Positions 1 to 13,300 of a DNA stretch of 64,000 bases are shown piece after piece. This DNA is from Callorhinchus milii (taxonomy: Eukaryota): contig NW_024704743.1 of assembly GCF_018977255.1 (NCBI RefSeq), positions 76,014,001-76,078,000 on the forward strand. Reading direction: 5' to 3'. The notes under the pieces were generated by a model that was not told the DNA's origin, searched no databases, and worked only from the letters and a program-made list of their open reading frames with translations. How positions within the stretch are numbered: position 1 is the stretch's first letter; each line of letters opens with the position of its first letter. The position numbers and the translations under genes are program-made.

Positions 1-1130
1 TGACTAGCTGATTGACTGATTGATGAGCTGATTGACTGATTGACTAGCTGATTGACTGATTGACTAGCTGATTGACTGAGTGACTGACTGACTAGCTGAG
101 TGACTGATTGACTAGCTGATTGACTGATTGACCAGCTGATTCACTGATTGACTAGCTGAGTGACTGATTGACTAGCTGAGTGACTGATTGACGAGCTGAT
201 TGACTGAGTGACTGATTGACTAGCTGATTGACTGAGTGACTAGCTGATTGACTGATTGACTAGCTGATTGACTGATTGACTAGCTGATTGACTGAGTGAC
301 TGATTGACTAGCTGATTGACTGAGTGACTAGCTGATTGACTGATTGACTAGCTGATTGACTGATTGACTAGCTGATTGACCGCGTGACTGACTGACTAGC
401 TGAGTGACTGAGTGACTAGCTGATTGACTGAGTGACTGATTGACTAGCTGATTGACTGAGTGACTAGCTGAGTGACTGAGTGACTAGCTGATTGACTGAG
501 TGACTAGCTGATTGACTGATTGACTAGCTGATTGACTGAGTGACTAGCTGATTGACTGAGTGACTAGCTGATTGACTGAGTGACTAGCTGATTGACTGAG
601 TGACTAGCTGAGTGACTGAGTGACTAGCTGATTGACTGAGTGACTGATTGACTAGCTGATTGACTGAGTGACTAGCTGAGTGACTGAGTGACTAGCTGAT
701 TGACTGAGTGACTAGCTGATTGACTGATTGACTAGCTGATTGACTGAGTGACTAGCTGATTGACTGAGTGACTAGCTGATTGACTGAGTGACTAGCTGAT
801 TGACTGAGTGACTAGCTGATTGACTGAGTGACTAGCTGATTGACTGATTGACTAGCTGATTCACTGATTAACTAGCTGATTGACTGAGTGACTAGCTGAT
901 TGACTGAGTGACTAGCTGATTGACTGAGTGACTAGCTGATTGACTGATTGACTAGCTGATTGACTGATTGACTAGCTGATTGACTGAGTGACTAGCTGAT
1001 TGACTGATTGACGAGCTGACTAACTGACTGACTCGCTGACTGACTGACTAACTGACTGACTCGCTGACTAACTAACTGACTGACTAACTGACTGACTCGC
1101 TGATTGACAGCTGAGTGACTCACTCACTGA
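1..1130. repeat. Tandem repeat built from 4-mers TGAC/TAGC/TGAT/TGAG; dominant 20-bp unit TGACTAGCTGATTGACTGA(G/T)
   Basis: Array is directly visible from base 1 and decays to (TGAC/TAAC)n near 1020-1130. It runs off the left edge of the window. Confidence 0.97.
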
Positions 1131-1139
1131 CCATTCGAC

Positions 1140-1283
1140 TGAATTTTCGATGGTCTGGTGAGCAGCGACGTCACCGCGTTGCCGGGGAGACAGGGAACGT
1201 GTGCGCGCTGACGCCGCCAATGACGTCGCTGTCGGGCCGAGGCGGAAGTCTGTGCGAGCGCGAGCCGCGGACTGAGGCTGGGG
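1140..1283 (+). promoter_or_regulatory. CpG-island promoter and 5' UTR of AVL9
   Basis: CpG-dense. CRE-like CGACGTCA 1166-1173 and TGACGTCG 1221-1228, CCAAT 1217-1221, ETS-type GCGGAAGT 1242-1249, directly upstream of the ATG at 1284. Confidence 0.75.
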
Positions 1284-1367
1284 ATGGAGTCGGGCGGCGA
1301 GGGGGCGGCAGGAGGGGTGGTGCTGCACATCGTGGTGGTGGGCTTCCACCACAAGAAGGGCTGTCAG
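1284..1367 (+). CDS. AVL9: AVL9 coding exon 1 ([28 protein letters not shown])
   Basis: ATG in gggATGG context; donor CAG|gtgaga; 84 nt. Confidence 0.95.
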
Positions 1368-4300
1368 GTGAGAGGAGGAGGGGCTGAGGGGGCGACAGGA
1401 GGAGGAGGGGGTGAGAGGTGTTGGGGGGAGTGGGAGAACATTGGAAGCCAAACGGGGCATTTAAGCTCCAAGTCGGGGCTGTGAGATGTCCAAACGAAAC
1501 ACATAACTCCCAAACATTTTTTTTTTTTGGAGATCATTGTATTGCAGAGAAACCGAAGGCGATTTATCAATAAGTCACCGGTCAGTCCGATGTCAATAGA
1601 ATGTTTTTCTCTCAGGAGATACCTGTGTTTTGGGCAGCTCTCTGGTGGACCTGTGTATAATTTGTCCCAACATATTTGGCAGATAATAGAAATTCCCGAG
1701 AATGGATTGGAAGCAGCCTCTGGATTGGCCCTGTAATCTTTATATAACAGTTAGTCTTGCACTGTGATCGCCATCTCAGCCTGTGCTCGCTGCCGCCGTC
1801 GGCAACAGCGGTCCTTGTCGGCATAAAAACACAACCGAAGCAGTTCAATCATTTCTCCTGAAGCTGTACGGAATCTTTTGTACGCTATGGTCAAAATTAA
1901 GATGCATCCCGCGGTCGTTTCCAGTCAGTAATCTAATCTTGTGTTTCAGGTATTCAATGGTTATAAACTGCTTGAGTTTTTTGTTCTGCTGGAATGGCGT
2001 GTTATCTCTACTTCTAGTTTTTGGGATCGGCCTTGCCATTTTGAATTTGGCACCGTGGTGTTTGTTTTGGATTGAAACAAAGCCAAATGTTAAAAGGAGC
2101 ATCAAATTCATTCTAGCCCTGTCAGGTGTCAGTATAGTGTCATCCGTTTGTTCAAAATAATGCAAGTGGACGAGGTGCGAATTGTGTCTTCTTCTACCCC
2201 ATTAGTTTTGAGATGCTCAAAAATGGAAAGAAACTATATTTTAAAGAGTTGGTTATTAAGGGGGGGAGGGAATAACCAGGCTAGTAATGACTGGAATAAA
2301 AATTCATTTTTGTTAGTTATTCGGATATTCCAGCTTTACTTGTGCACATCGTTCTTTTCACTATGATCTATTGTCTGTTGTATTCTGATTTTTTATATGA
2401 AAATCTGAACCTCAAGCTATAATTTCCTGCTACAAGATATTCGCCTTCATTACTCAGAATTAATCCTTAACCAGCTATCAAGTCCATGTTGATTTGTTTT
2501 TTCGCTAGTTCAAGCTCTGTACTTCCAAAAAAATATGATAACAAGTGACTACACAAATATCAGGAGTTTTATTACTGTAATTGATTCCCCACGTAACCAA
2601 GCCTCATTTATACCACTGAGCAATTCTCCATCACTTGTAGCTAGAGTGATTTTAGAGCAGGAAAGATGATTTACATTTCCTGCTCCAAAAACAGTCCAAC
2701 CAGGGTTGAAGAGAGCTCTGCTGACCAGCACCAACAACAATTTGTTGTTTAATGTTAAAGAGCCTGGTGTCAAGATTAGTTTTTTTTGAGTTCAGTGTTA
2801 TGAAGGTCAATTCAGGGCAGACACCAGGAAGTAATCCTTTACACGGCAGGTAAAAGGTTACTAAGAGACGTAGGTGCCAGGCCATTGGAATCATTCAAAA
2901 AAAATGCTTGACGTGGACATGGGAAGACTTTAGGGTGAGCCTTTGGAATAGATTACATCATATGGTCGAAAGGCCTTCTGCAAAATTGGAGTTGCGGTAC
3001 AGATCAGCCACGATCGAATAGAGTGGCGGAACAGGCTTGAGGAGCTGAATGGCCCACTCGTGTTTCTATGTTCCTGTTTTGTAAGAAGTTTCCAGACCAA
3101 AACCTGCATTCATTGTGAAAGATGGAGTCAAAACAATTTAAAATGATTAGTGGGAGAGCTGATATAGATGTAAGCAGCTATGCGAATTACACTTTAATAA
3201 AGGTGAAAAGTTTTTTTAATTTAATTAATTAAAAGCAATATCTCCCCTCCCACCCTGAAGTATTGTAGTTGGACAAGCAGTAGGAAAAGTGCCAGACAGT
3301 GGGTCCCAATGGGTCGATTTTAGACTTTTAGGGTTCTCAATGGCAAGCTATGTACCTTGAGCTGGATAAACTCCAGCAGAACTGCAGCGCATGCTCTGGG
3401 GTCTCAAGCCTTAACTCTCACCGTTGTGTGCCTAATATTCTCTGAAATTAGGTGAGGAGAGTACATCCCTCCAGGGGCAGAGTGTACATTCCATTACAGA
3501 CACAGGGAAATTTCCATATGTAGGTGGCGTACCTTTGTGGAACTTTGTATGTTTGGGACGTCCTCCTGACATGATAGGCGCTATACAAATGTAATTTTGT
3601 TGTTGCTATGAAGTCAACTCCTAACTCAAGTAGGATACTGCTAATTTTTTTTATAAGCATAAATGAGTAATAAAAGGACTTTGCTTTGTATACATTACGC
3701 ACAATGGCAGATGGTCAGCAGGTGTCTTCTGTCGGTTGTTGGAATCATACACTGTAACTGAATAGTGGTGGAAATTAGAAATACCTGCGGGTGGGGGATA
3801 GACTGCTTGAGATGAGGGGGATGTTTTGCCAGGAATAGTTGCTGCATTGTTACAGCATAATTTAAAGAATTCTGTAAAGTTCTTTGTATAGTAAATAGTG
3901 AACTATTTTTTATGGAATTTGTTTACATACTGGATTGTTTTGCAACCCTAATACTTTACAAAATGAATACATTTTATATTTTATAAAGTTTGCTCTTTTG
4001 CAATTAAACCAATGAGATGTCAAATGCTGTCTCTGAGTTACAGATTTTAGCTGAAAGTATTTAGTCTGGCAGCGTCGACAAAATTATGATTACTTTAATA
4101 AAATAATTGCATTTAATACAGCATTGGCATAGATTATGCTGTCAAAACATCTCAAAGTACTTTACAGGATTTATTGTAAACTGTAGTGACTGTATTTGTA
4201 GTTGAACAGAGTAGCCAATTTGCAGAAACAGACCTATTTTGCAGGGCTATGGAGAAAGAGTGGGGGAGTGGGATTGAATTGGATAGGTCTTTTCAAAGAG

Positions 4301-7300
4301 CTTGCACAGACAAGATGAGCTGAATGGCCTACTTCTGTGCTTATAATTCTATGATTCTATGAAATTAAAGACCAATGTTATCTTGGGAATTGTTGGTCAG
4401 AACACTGAGATCAATAACATACACCTGAACGAACACATGGGACCTTGGTATAATGTCTCAGCCGAAGGATGGCACCTCCGATAATATAGGATCGACCACT
4501 GCATTGGAGTGTCTGCCTGGACTATGTGTTCAAAGTCCTGAAAGAGGGCTTCAACCCACAATCTTTTGACTCGGAGGCAACACAAATCTCATAGATTGCA
4601 TCACCTCTGTAACGGGGCAACAATAATTATATGATCTTAATGTGTATCAGATCCTAAATGTGTGTGTGTGTGTGTGTGAAAGAGAGAGATAGTGGTCCTG
4701 AGCAAAAAAAAATACATGCAGCACGTGGAAACAAATCACAAACTATGGATATTTTCTTAACTTGATAATTCAACCATATTTGTCAATGAAGGCTGATGCA
4801 ACAGTCATGAAGTGGGTTGGAATTTAAATTGATTACGTTCTAGTTAATTCAGTATTCTTTTTGGTAGAATGACATTTTTTAATGAGAGTTGTATTTTAAT
4901 TGGTGAAAATAGTATTGAAACATGTTAAGAGAACACATTGAAGTGCAGCCAGTGTGATGCACATTCTACAATCCGATTTCATTCAGAAGAGTTTGGTAAA
5001 GTTTGTGATAGGCATCTAATGTCAATAGAGAAGAATGCTCTACTTCTACTATCCAAATTCTGCAACAACAACTTGCATTTCTACAGCGCCCTTCAAACGG
5101 GGTAGTGTCTCGAAGTGCTCAGCACAGAGTAATGCTGTGCTCCTTTGAGGATTGAATTGTGAAACATAAATATGGATGTTTTTATGATGTAATAATAATA
5201 GTTATGGCCAGTGTTGATATTGGAAGATTTGCCTTGTGGGGGTTTTCTCCTGTAAGGCAACAATCTGTTTTTGGTATGTTAGATCCTATCTTTACCATCT
5301 GCTGGAAAACTGCATTGCTGTTGACGTGTTTCAGTGGCCACTCCGCTCCCATGTTTTGTGATGGAGGCGCCCCAAATTTCAGATTTAAACAGAAGCAAAT
5401 TTTATAATTATCTGATATATCAAATGCAAGGATTGTTGTTGTTTTGTTGTTTGTTATTTGAAATACAAATGTTTGTCCTCAACAGGATCCACTTTATGTT
5501 CTTCCTCATCCTTTTAAACTTTAAAGAAAGCATTGAAATGAAGCATTGAAACAATATTTTACTACTGTACTTTACTCCCAATATTTTCCCAAGAACCAAA
5601 ATATTAAGTATTTACACAATTTATTATCAAGTTTAGAGTTCAGCACTGAACACTAAGACATTTTCAGAATTTGTATTGATGTAATTGAAATACACAATAC
5701 AAACTTTTGAGATAAGCCGTGAACTTTCTGAAAGGCACTTTCTGAAATTTGTATTTCTGTAATTGAAATGTGTACTTGAACTATTGGTGCTCTGTCAAGA
5801 GTCAGATGACTAACAGTGCAGTGTTTGAAAAAGGAAGTTGAGGCCCTTTGGACTAGCTCCAGGATCTTGCCTTTGTGATCGCTTTGTTGAAAACACAATT
5901 TTACTTCTCTTACTACAATAATTAAGTTATTGTGTTTCTCACATGATGTGCTGTCGAGCATTCTGTGCTGGGAATTAATTTTCCGTCAAGTAACTTATGT
6001 CCTTTGGTCCTCAAAAAGGAACAGGTTTTGGTTTAACTTTTTTTTCAGTGCCCACTGTATGGAATACCCTTGGTTTCAGAGTTTAGTGGATCATTTCGAC
6101 ATTAACCTAACTAAAGTTACCGTGTTTAGTTAAAGGGAAAAAAAATGCAAGAGGAAGACTTGCTCTGAACAACTGCCATGACAGCAACAAGCTGTCTGAT
6201 TTATAAGTTGTGAATTAATGATGCCATTCCTGGTAGCACTGCAGTACAGTCTGTACAATAAACCAGCAAATAGGCCATATGCTTATTAGAGCAGGAGGAA
6301 TTAAATATTTAGCTCAGCCCTGAGATTGCAGCATCTGGGGAGTACCATATTAGTTCCTATTTTTATTCTGTTTCATTTTATAATGACAGCAGCTGCCAGT
6401 CGAAGAGTTTCCCAAAGTCTTTGATAAGGTGCTTTCCTTTGTTTCTGTCAGTTTCTGATGGCCTCATTAATATTTTAGGATTTTACTGTGAATTTATTTT
6501 AAATTAAAAAGAATGTAATTTTATTCTGCATTTGTGTTTTAAAGGTAACATCTGTTCCCCTAAATGTTGGGCTAGAACCAACATCGTTTTTTCACAACCA
6601 CCCAAGCAGCTTTCCCATGATTTTTTTGAAAGATTTTGGTACACAGTAAGGGCATTGATAATTTGAAAGGGTGAATACACATCCTATTGTAGATTTTCCC
6701 AACTCAAATATATGTCATTTCAAAGATGACTATAACAGTTATCGTAATTTGAAGTGTTCATACTGTGGTTTCAAACAAATGAAAAGCCGGAACAATTTGT
6801 TTCCTGAAGCCAAGTAGAGCTACTTTGCTTTTCTGTAATACAGCACATGGGATATTTGCTGGAATGTGATTATTTTTGCATTTAGTTGACAAGGTTATAA
6901 GTAAAAATTATTTAAAGGATTAATTCTAAAACAAAATTCCCTTCAATATTACATTTCCGTAGGCAAATTGACTTGTGACAAGTTTCATTGAAGATGCCTT
7001 GTATTTTAACGTATTTTTGATGAATTAGAAGTCATTGTTAATTTAAAGAATTATCTTACAATAAACCATATCCATATACTATTTGGGATTGTCACAGATC
7101 TGTCGGGAGAACTTCCACTTGGGTCCAGATTTAATTTTACCTGGGTAAATTTACAGTGGAATTTATACATTCATTCTTGAATGGAAAACACAATTTCACT
7201 CTTGCATGACCTTGCTTTCAATCCTTACAGTAACCCTCACATAATTCGTATAATTTGGGACCATACAATTCATATGACTTATGAGTTGTCAAACTTGCAT

Positions 7301-10300
7301 AAGTTTCTCTGTGCTCTTCCTCACTCACTGTTTCTCCATCTTACCCCCTCTCCCTCATGCTCTCTCTCTCTCGACTGAACCCTTAATTCTGGCAACTCAT
7401 GTTCAGTACTTCTGACATTTGCTTTAAAGAACTCGAATGTTGTGAACCCTTTCCAGCTACAGAGATGCATATCACTGGTTCTGGCTGTCTCCAGTGCTGT
7501 AAAGCTTACTTACTGTAAAACCATCTGCCATCAGACATCTGAACTAGGTTTATCATGATGAAAAAGGTCCATAATTTCTGATATTTCAAAACAAACCCTA
7601 GAATGTAGGCCACAAATTGGATTTCGATAGATTATTCTCACAAGTGATCTTGAAAGGAAGCTGTGATTCCTCACCAGACTGGAATCAGGTGTTGGCGTCA
7701 TGATGGTAGATTATAGGAAGAAGGGAAGACCAAGGAGGATAATATTTTTTGAAGTGTTATTAGGAATATGAGCTTGCACAATACTGCAACATTTAAAACA
7801 AATTCATCGAATGAAGAGAAGATAAATTGCATTGAAAGATCAGCATGTAGTATAAGTAAATAGAAGGAACATTTTGGACAAGTTTCAGGATGTACATTTT
7901 CGTTATTATTGAGGTTATGCATAATTGAATTTGATTGCAAATGAAAATCCAATATTGCTTGAATGCTGATCCTGCAGAGTTCTGTGGGAATCCTTGTGTT
8001 TGATATTACGCCTTTCACATTGGGAAGACATCTAAAAAGTCCTCTACAGGATTTACAGTAATTTACGTAGACTACAGCACGGAAACAGGTCAGTTGGCCC
8101 AAAGAGTACATGTCATTGTTAATACTCCATATGAGTTTCCCCTTACTTACTCTTTACTCCCTCCCATACCCTTCTGTCTCCCTTCAGGTCTTCATTAAAG
8201 TTTACACCGGGTAATCACGGCTATAAAACTGTGTAGTGACTGTATTTTGCAGGTAAAGGCAGCTGCCACTGTTGCGCACAACAATGTCCCACAAATACCC
8301 ATAAAGTGAATGATCAGTTTTAACTGAAGGATTGTTGGCCAGGATACGAGGAGAAACTGCCTTCTCGTTTTGAGAAGTTCCATGGGACTTTTAACCTGAA
8401 CAGGAAGACAGGACCTAGGTTTAATGTCTCATCCAAAGGACAGCACCTCCAGTAGTGTAGTGGCTCCCTTAGCACAACATTGAAGTGACAGCCTAGAGTG
8501 ACTGAAAAGTCCTTCTATGGAGCTTTGCAACAACAATGACAATAACTTGGATTTATATAGCGCCCTCCACGCTGGACGGCGTCTCAGAGCGCTTTACAGT
8601 AACGGATCCCGGGGCCAAGCCAGGGGAGGAAGGTGACCAAAGGCGCGGTCGAAGAGAAAGGTCTTCAGCAGAGACCTGAAAATAGGAAGAGAGGGAGCGA
8701 GGCAAAGGGAGTGAGGAAGTGAGTTCCAGAGCCTCGGGGAATAGTGGCTGAAGGCACGGCCGCCGAGTGTGGAGCAGAGGACTCGGGGGACGAGGAGGAG
8801 GCCAGACCCGGAGGAACAAAGGCAATGGTACTGTTTTGAGGAGAGAGGAGGTCAGAGAGATAGGGGGTGCAGAGGAGTGGAGGGATTTGAATACGAGGGT
8901 GAGGATCTTGAAGTCGATCCTCTCTGGGACCGGCAGCCAGTGCAGTCTGGCAAGGACTGGAGCAATCGGGGAGCGGAGTTTGGTGCGGGTGAGAATGCGG
9001 GCGGTAGAGTTTTGAATGATCTGGATTTTATGGATGGTAGTGGATGGGAGACCGGCGAGGAGGGCGTTAGAGTAGTCCAGCCGAGAGGTGACAAAGGCAT
9101 GGACTAGGGTTTCAGCGGCTTTGTCTCAGGCGAGATGCTACCACTGAGCCAGGCTAACATCAAAACAAAACATAATGAATCATTATACAGACAATGTAAC
9201 TTTTAAAAGCATTCATCAAGTACCCTATTTTTTAAAAATTAATGTATAATCTACATACTTATTTCCTGGACCAACAGATAAGTGTGGAAACATTTGCCAA
9301 AAATTGCAGGGAGATTTGTGGGAAGTTACCCGGGAAATTTTTGACATTTTACTGCCCACCTACATTTTTTCACTTTATTGATAAAAGCTAAACATAAGGA
9401 AATAAAGCATATTAGATTGTTGTAAAAGAAATATTAATTCTTTAACATAAACTGGGTGGCCCTTTTGAGCGGCAACCGGTGAGGCTACAGGAGCTCACCA
9501 CCTCCTGCCTCTCAGGACTGGCACTGCACACAGACACAGATACCCTAGAGAGACAGACAGAGAGAGAGAGACAGACACTCACAGACAGAGAGAGACACAG
9601 ACACATACACTCAAACACATAGAAACACTCACAAACTCAAGAAACACACTCACAAACTCATGGAAACACACAGACACAGTCACATAGAGAGACAGACACT
9701 CACTCACAAACACATAGAGAGACACACACAGACACTTACAATCACACAAGTACACAAACAATCACAACAACGTGGTCTCCGAGTGAAGCCCATTTGCCGC
9801 TTGCGCCACAACACCCATGCGCATCCGAAACCGCTCCACCCATAGTGACGCCGGATAAACAGCGAGTGGCCCACGGGCCAGAATCTACATTGATAGGGGG
9901 TTTGTTGCTGCAGGGGATGTTTATAGCGAATTCCGCAGAAAAAGTGCGGCTGCACCTTTCTATTGGCATACCTTATTTCCCATTATTGTACTGTGGTTTC
10001 TTCACTGACTGAAGCTTCCATAATATTTTCTGTTTCTCTTTTCCGTATAGAAGGAACATGATGTATCTTGTGGTTTAACAAAATCCAATTTATTTAACTG
10101 TTGCAAGATGGAATTCAAAATATGAAACGACGCTTACTGAAATATTTTACATATTCTAACTTTGCAGAAATGTTTTTTTTTGGTCAGCCGGGTGTCTGAC
10201 ACATGACAGAAATCATCAGCGTGCTTAAGAGTATCCAAACCAAACAGAATTCCACGCATCCTGCTAACACATGGAAATTCCAGAGTTAGATTTTTGGGAT

Positions 10301-13300
10301 ATAATGCGCCCTCTTTCCCTGGTGAAGTCCTGTAGCTCAGTGGTTTGAGGACTTGCGTCGCAAGGGAGAGCATCTGGGTTTTATTCCTGGGCAGTGGGAA
10401 ACTTTAGGCATGTTTCCTTACTCCACACGCCTCTGTTTATCTTGCATTAAACAGGAACTCATTTTTAGTTGATTGGCAGATTGCTTTTCTGGGGGTAATA
10501 ATCCCTTCAAAAAAAATTATAATAATAATTTGGTCACTCAGTCCACGACTGTCTGTGGGATGCTGCTGTGTGCAATTGGCTGCCGCATTGCGCCCACAAA
10601 ATACAGTCAATTCACTTTATAGTATATTCTGTGAATCGCTTTGAGAGTCTTGAAGATGTGATAATGCGCTTTGTCAAATGCGAGTATTATTATCCTGCTT
10701 ACCTAATTGCGGAAAGTATTGGGTGCAGATTTGCCTGGGCCAAGGCTTGGAGACCCCAGTGTGTGTATCGTGGTACTGCTGATGTCTAAAACCGCATAGC
10801 TCGCCATTGATATTACTGTCTGGCAAGCTTTCCAGCTCTTTGTCCAACTAAGACCACGCTGCCCATTAGGGTTTGGCTTGCAGGGTTAACAGGAGCTGAG
10901 TGGGATGATTCCCTGATCCCAGTAGAAATGTTTAGGATATGAGAACTCTGGTTTAAATGTTGTAAACTGTTTCCTGCAAACTGTGTACAATACAACTTTA
11001 TTATATGCTGCTCATGCTCAATATTTTCTTTCTTCTTGTAACTTCAGGTTGAATTTTCATATCCCCCATTAGTTCCAGAGGAAGGGCATGACAGCCACAG
11101 CTTGCCCGAGGAATGGAAATACTTACCATTTCTGGCTCTCCCAGATGGAGCCCACAACTATCAGGAAGGTAAGTTAGACAGAGGTAAACCTGGGCCTAAT
11201 TTCAGTATTAATTTTACTTCTGCTTTTCTCTTTAGTTCCCCTATAGCAGAGTAGTTTCCCGTAGCATAGTAGTTAGTGCGATCGTCTTGCATGCAAGAGC
11301 ACTCGGGTTTGATTCCTGTGCGAGACAAAATCTTAGGTGGGTTTCCTTACTCCTCACACCTTTGTTTGCCTAGCAATAAGTAGGAACCTAGTTGTTAGTC
11401 GATTGGTGGATCGCTTTCCAGGACTAATAATCCCTCCAAAAAAAATTACTCACTCCATGACTGTTTGTGGGACACTGCTGTGCACAATTGACTCCCGTGT
11501 TCTCCCACAAAATGCAGTCAATTCACTTCACAATATATTTTGTAAAGTGCTTTGAGAAGTCTCAATGACGTGATAAGGCGCTATATCAAATTCAAGTATT
11601 ATTATTATTGTTTATTATTATTGGTAGTCCTGACCTTACTTCGCATCTCCACAGCCCATCAGTGAAAACACCATCATTCCTTCATCGTTGCCTGGCACTA
11701 ACTGCACACACTGATAAATTCTATTGGAAATCTTTACCCCTTCTTGAGCTTGAATGAGTTGCAGATGTACCTGCCCAGCAACCGAGAATCAATAGTCTTC
11801 CTATCCAAGAGTTACTTAAATCTGAAAATGAATTCATTTACTTAAGTACTAGAGTACAAATTTATATCATCCACAAGGAGCAATGTAAGAATATCCTAAA
11901 ACATATTGTCCCTTTTTTAAAAAAAAAACATACCCTACTATTCCATTTTTACCAGATGTTCTGTTACTAGATTTTGTAAATACTAGGAAAGCAGAAGAAA
12001 ATGGTTTGGAAAAACTTCTACAGCCCATCTCTGGAGATGAAAGTCCCAGGGAGGTCCAGTGTGAATTCCCATTCTCTGTAACTACCAAACGAGACTAGCG
12101 GTCAAGTTTTTGTGCCTTGATTGAATCACCCAATTTATCTTTTGTTGGTTTAATTTCAATTTATTTCCGGTAAAGATATTAGACTAGGGTAACTTGTGCT
12201 GTATTTCCTTTTTGGAAGCTATTTTGGTTTCAGGTTTATATTTCCAAATAATACTTTTCACCTTCACATATAAGAATTTTTCAACCCAGTCTGGCTTTGT
12301 TCTGTAATTTACAAATGTATTTGCTTTGTATTTTGCATTTCATTCAGATACAATATATTTTCACTTGCCTCCAAGGAGTGCAAATCGGAGGACAGTTTAC
12401 GGCATTTCCTGCTACCGACAGATTGAAGCTAAGGTTAGTTTGCCTTTAGTGAGATGGAGCTCAAACCATTGAATCACATTTTCACAAAATAAATCTATGG
12501 TGGTAACATTGGCTAAGTAGTCGGCCACTATAGACCTAAAGGAGATCTATTTCTGCACAGCTTTCTGGCTGAATCAACATTATCTTAGATTTTGCTTCTG
12601 GGGTTGCAACTTTGCTTTGGCCTGTCCTTGGGCCATCCTGAAGTATTTACTAAATACCTGTCTGTCAGAGTAGCCCATTTCACTAATTCTATTTTCATTT
12701 CTGTTTCTACTTAGCCAATTGACATGTAAGGGCTCCTTTCAAAAAGACTGCTTGGAATGTCGTCAAGCAGGTCCCAAAAATCCACTCACTCAGGTTTCTT
12801 ATCTCTCCAACTTAGAGCCAAACTATGAAAACGTGGCACATCCTTTTCACAAATAACCTTGACAAAAGGTGTCTGACATTTTCTGCTTCATCACTCCATT
12901 TTATGAAATATTTTTCAAATTTCACATATAACTTTTTTTTAAAAAATGGCACTGTAAATTTTAGTTTTCTGGTATTACTGGAATCACTTGGCTGTCACAC
13001 ATCAATGCAGACGAGATCAAAATGTTAATGTTTGCAGATTTACAGGAACTGGCATATGTGTGGGAAGAGGCTGGATGGGTTGGAGCTTTTGTTGTGGAGC
13101 ACACAAGATTAGGAAGTTATTTAGAGATTTTTACAATTCTGGGGGAGGGCCATGACAGTAAATGGGGTTGGGAGAATCCTTTCCTTCAGTTGGAGTCAAT
13201 GACAAGGGGCATAGTCTCAGGAATGAGAGTTGGAACTGTAAGGCAGGGTTGGAGGGAATTTCTTCACGGAGGGTGGCTCCTGAGTGTTGTAAAATTGGGG

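Noticed and set aside
1..1130. Possible CRISPR-like array
   Set aside because: No unique spacers; it is a simple tandem repeat in eukaryotic DNA.
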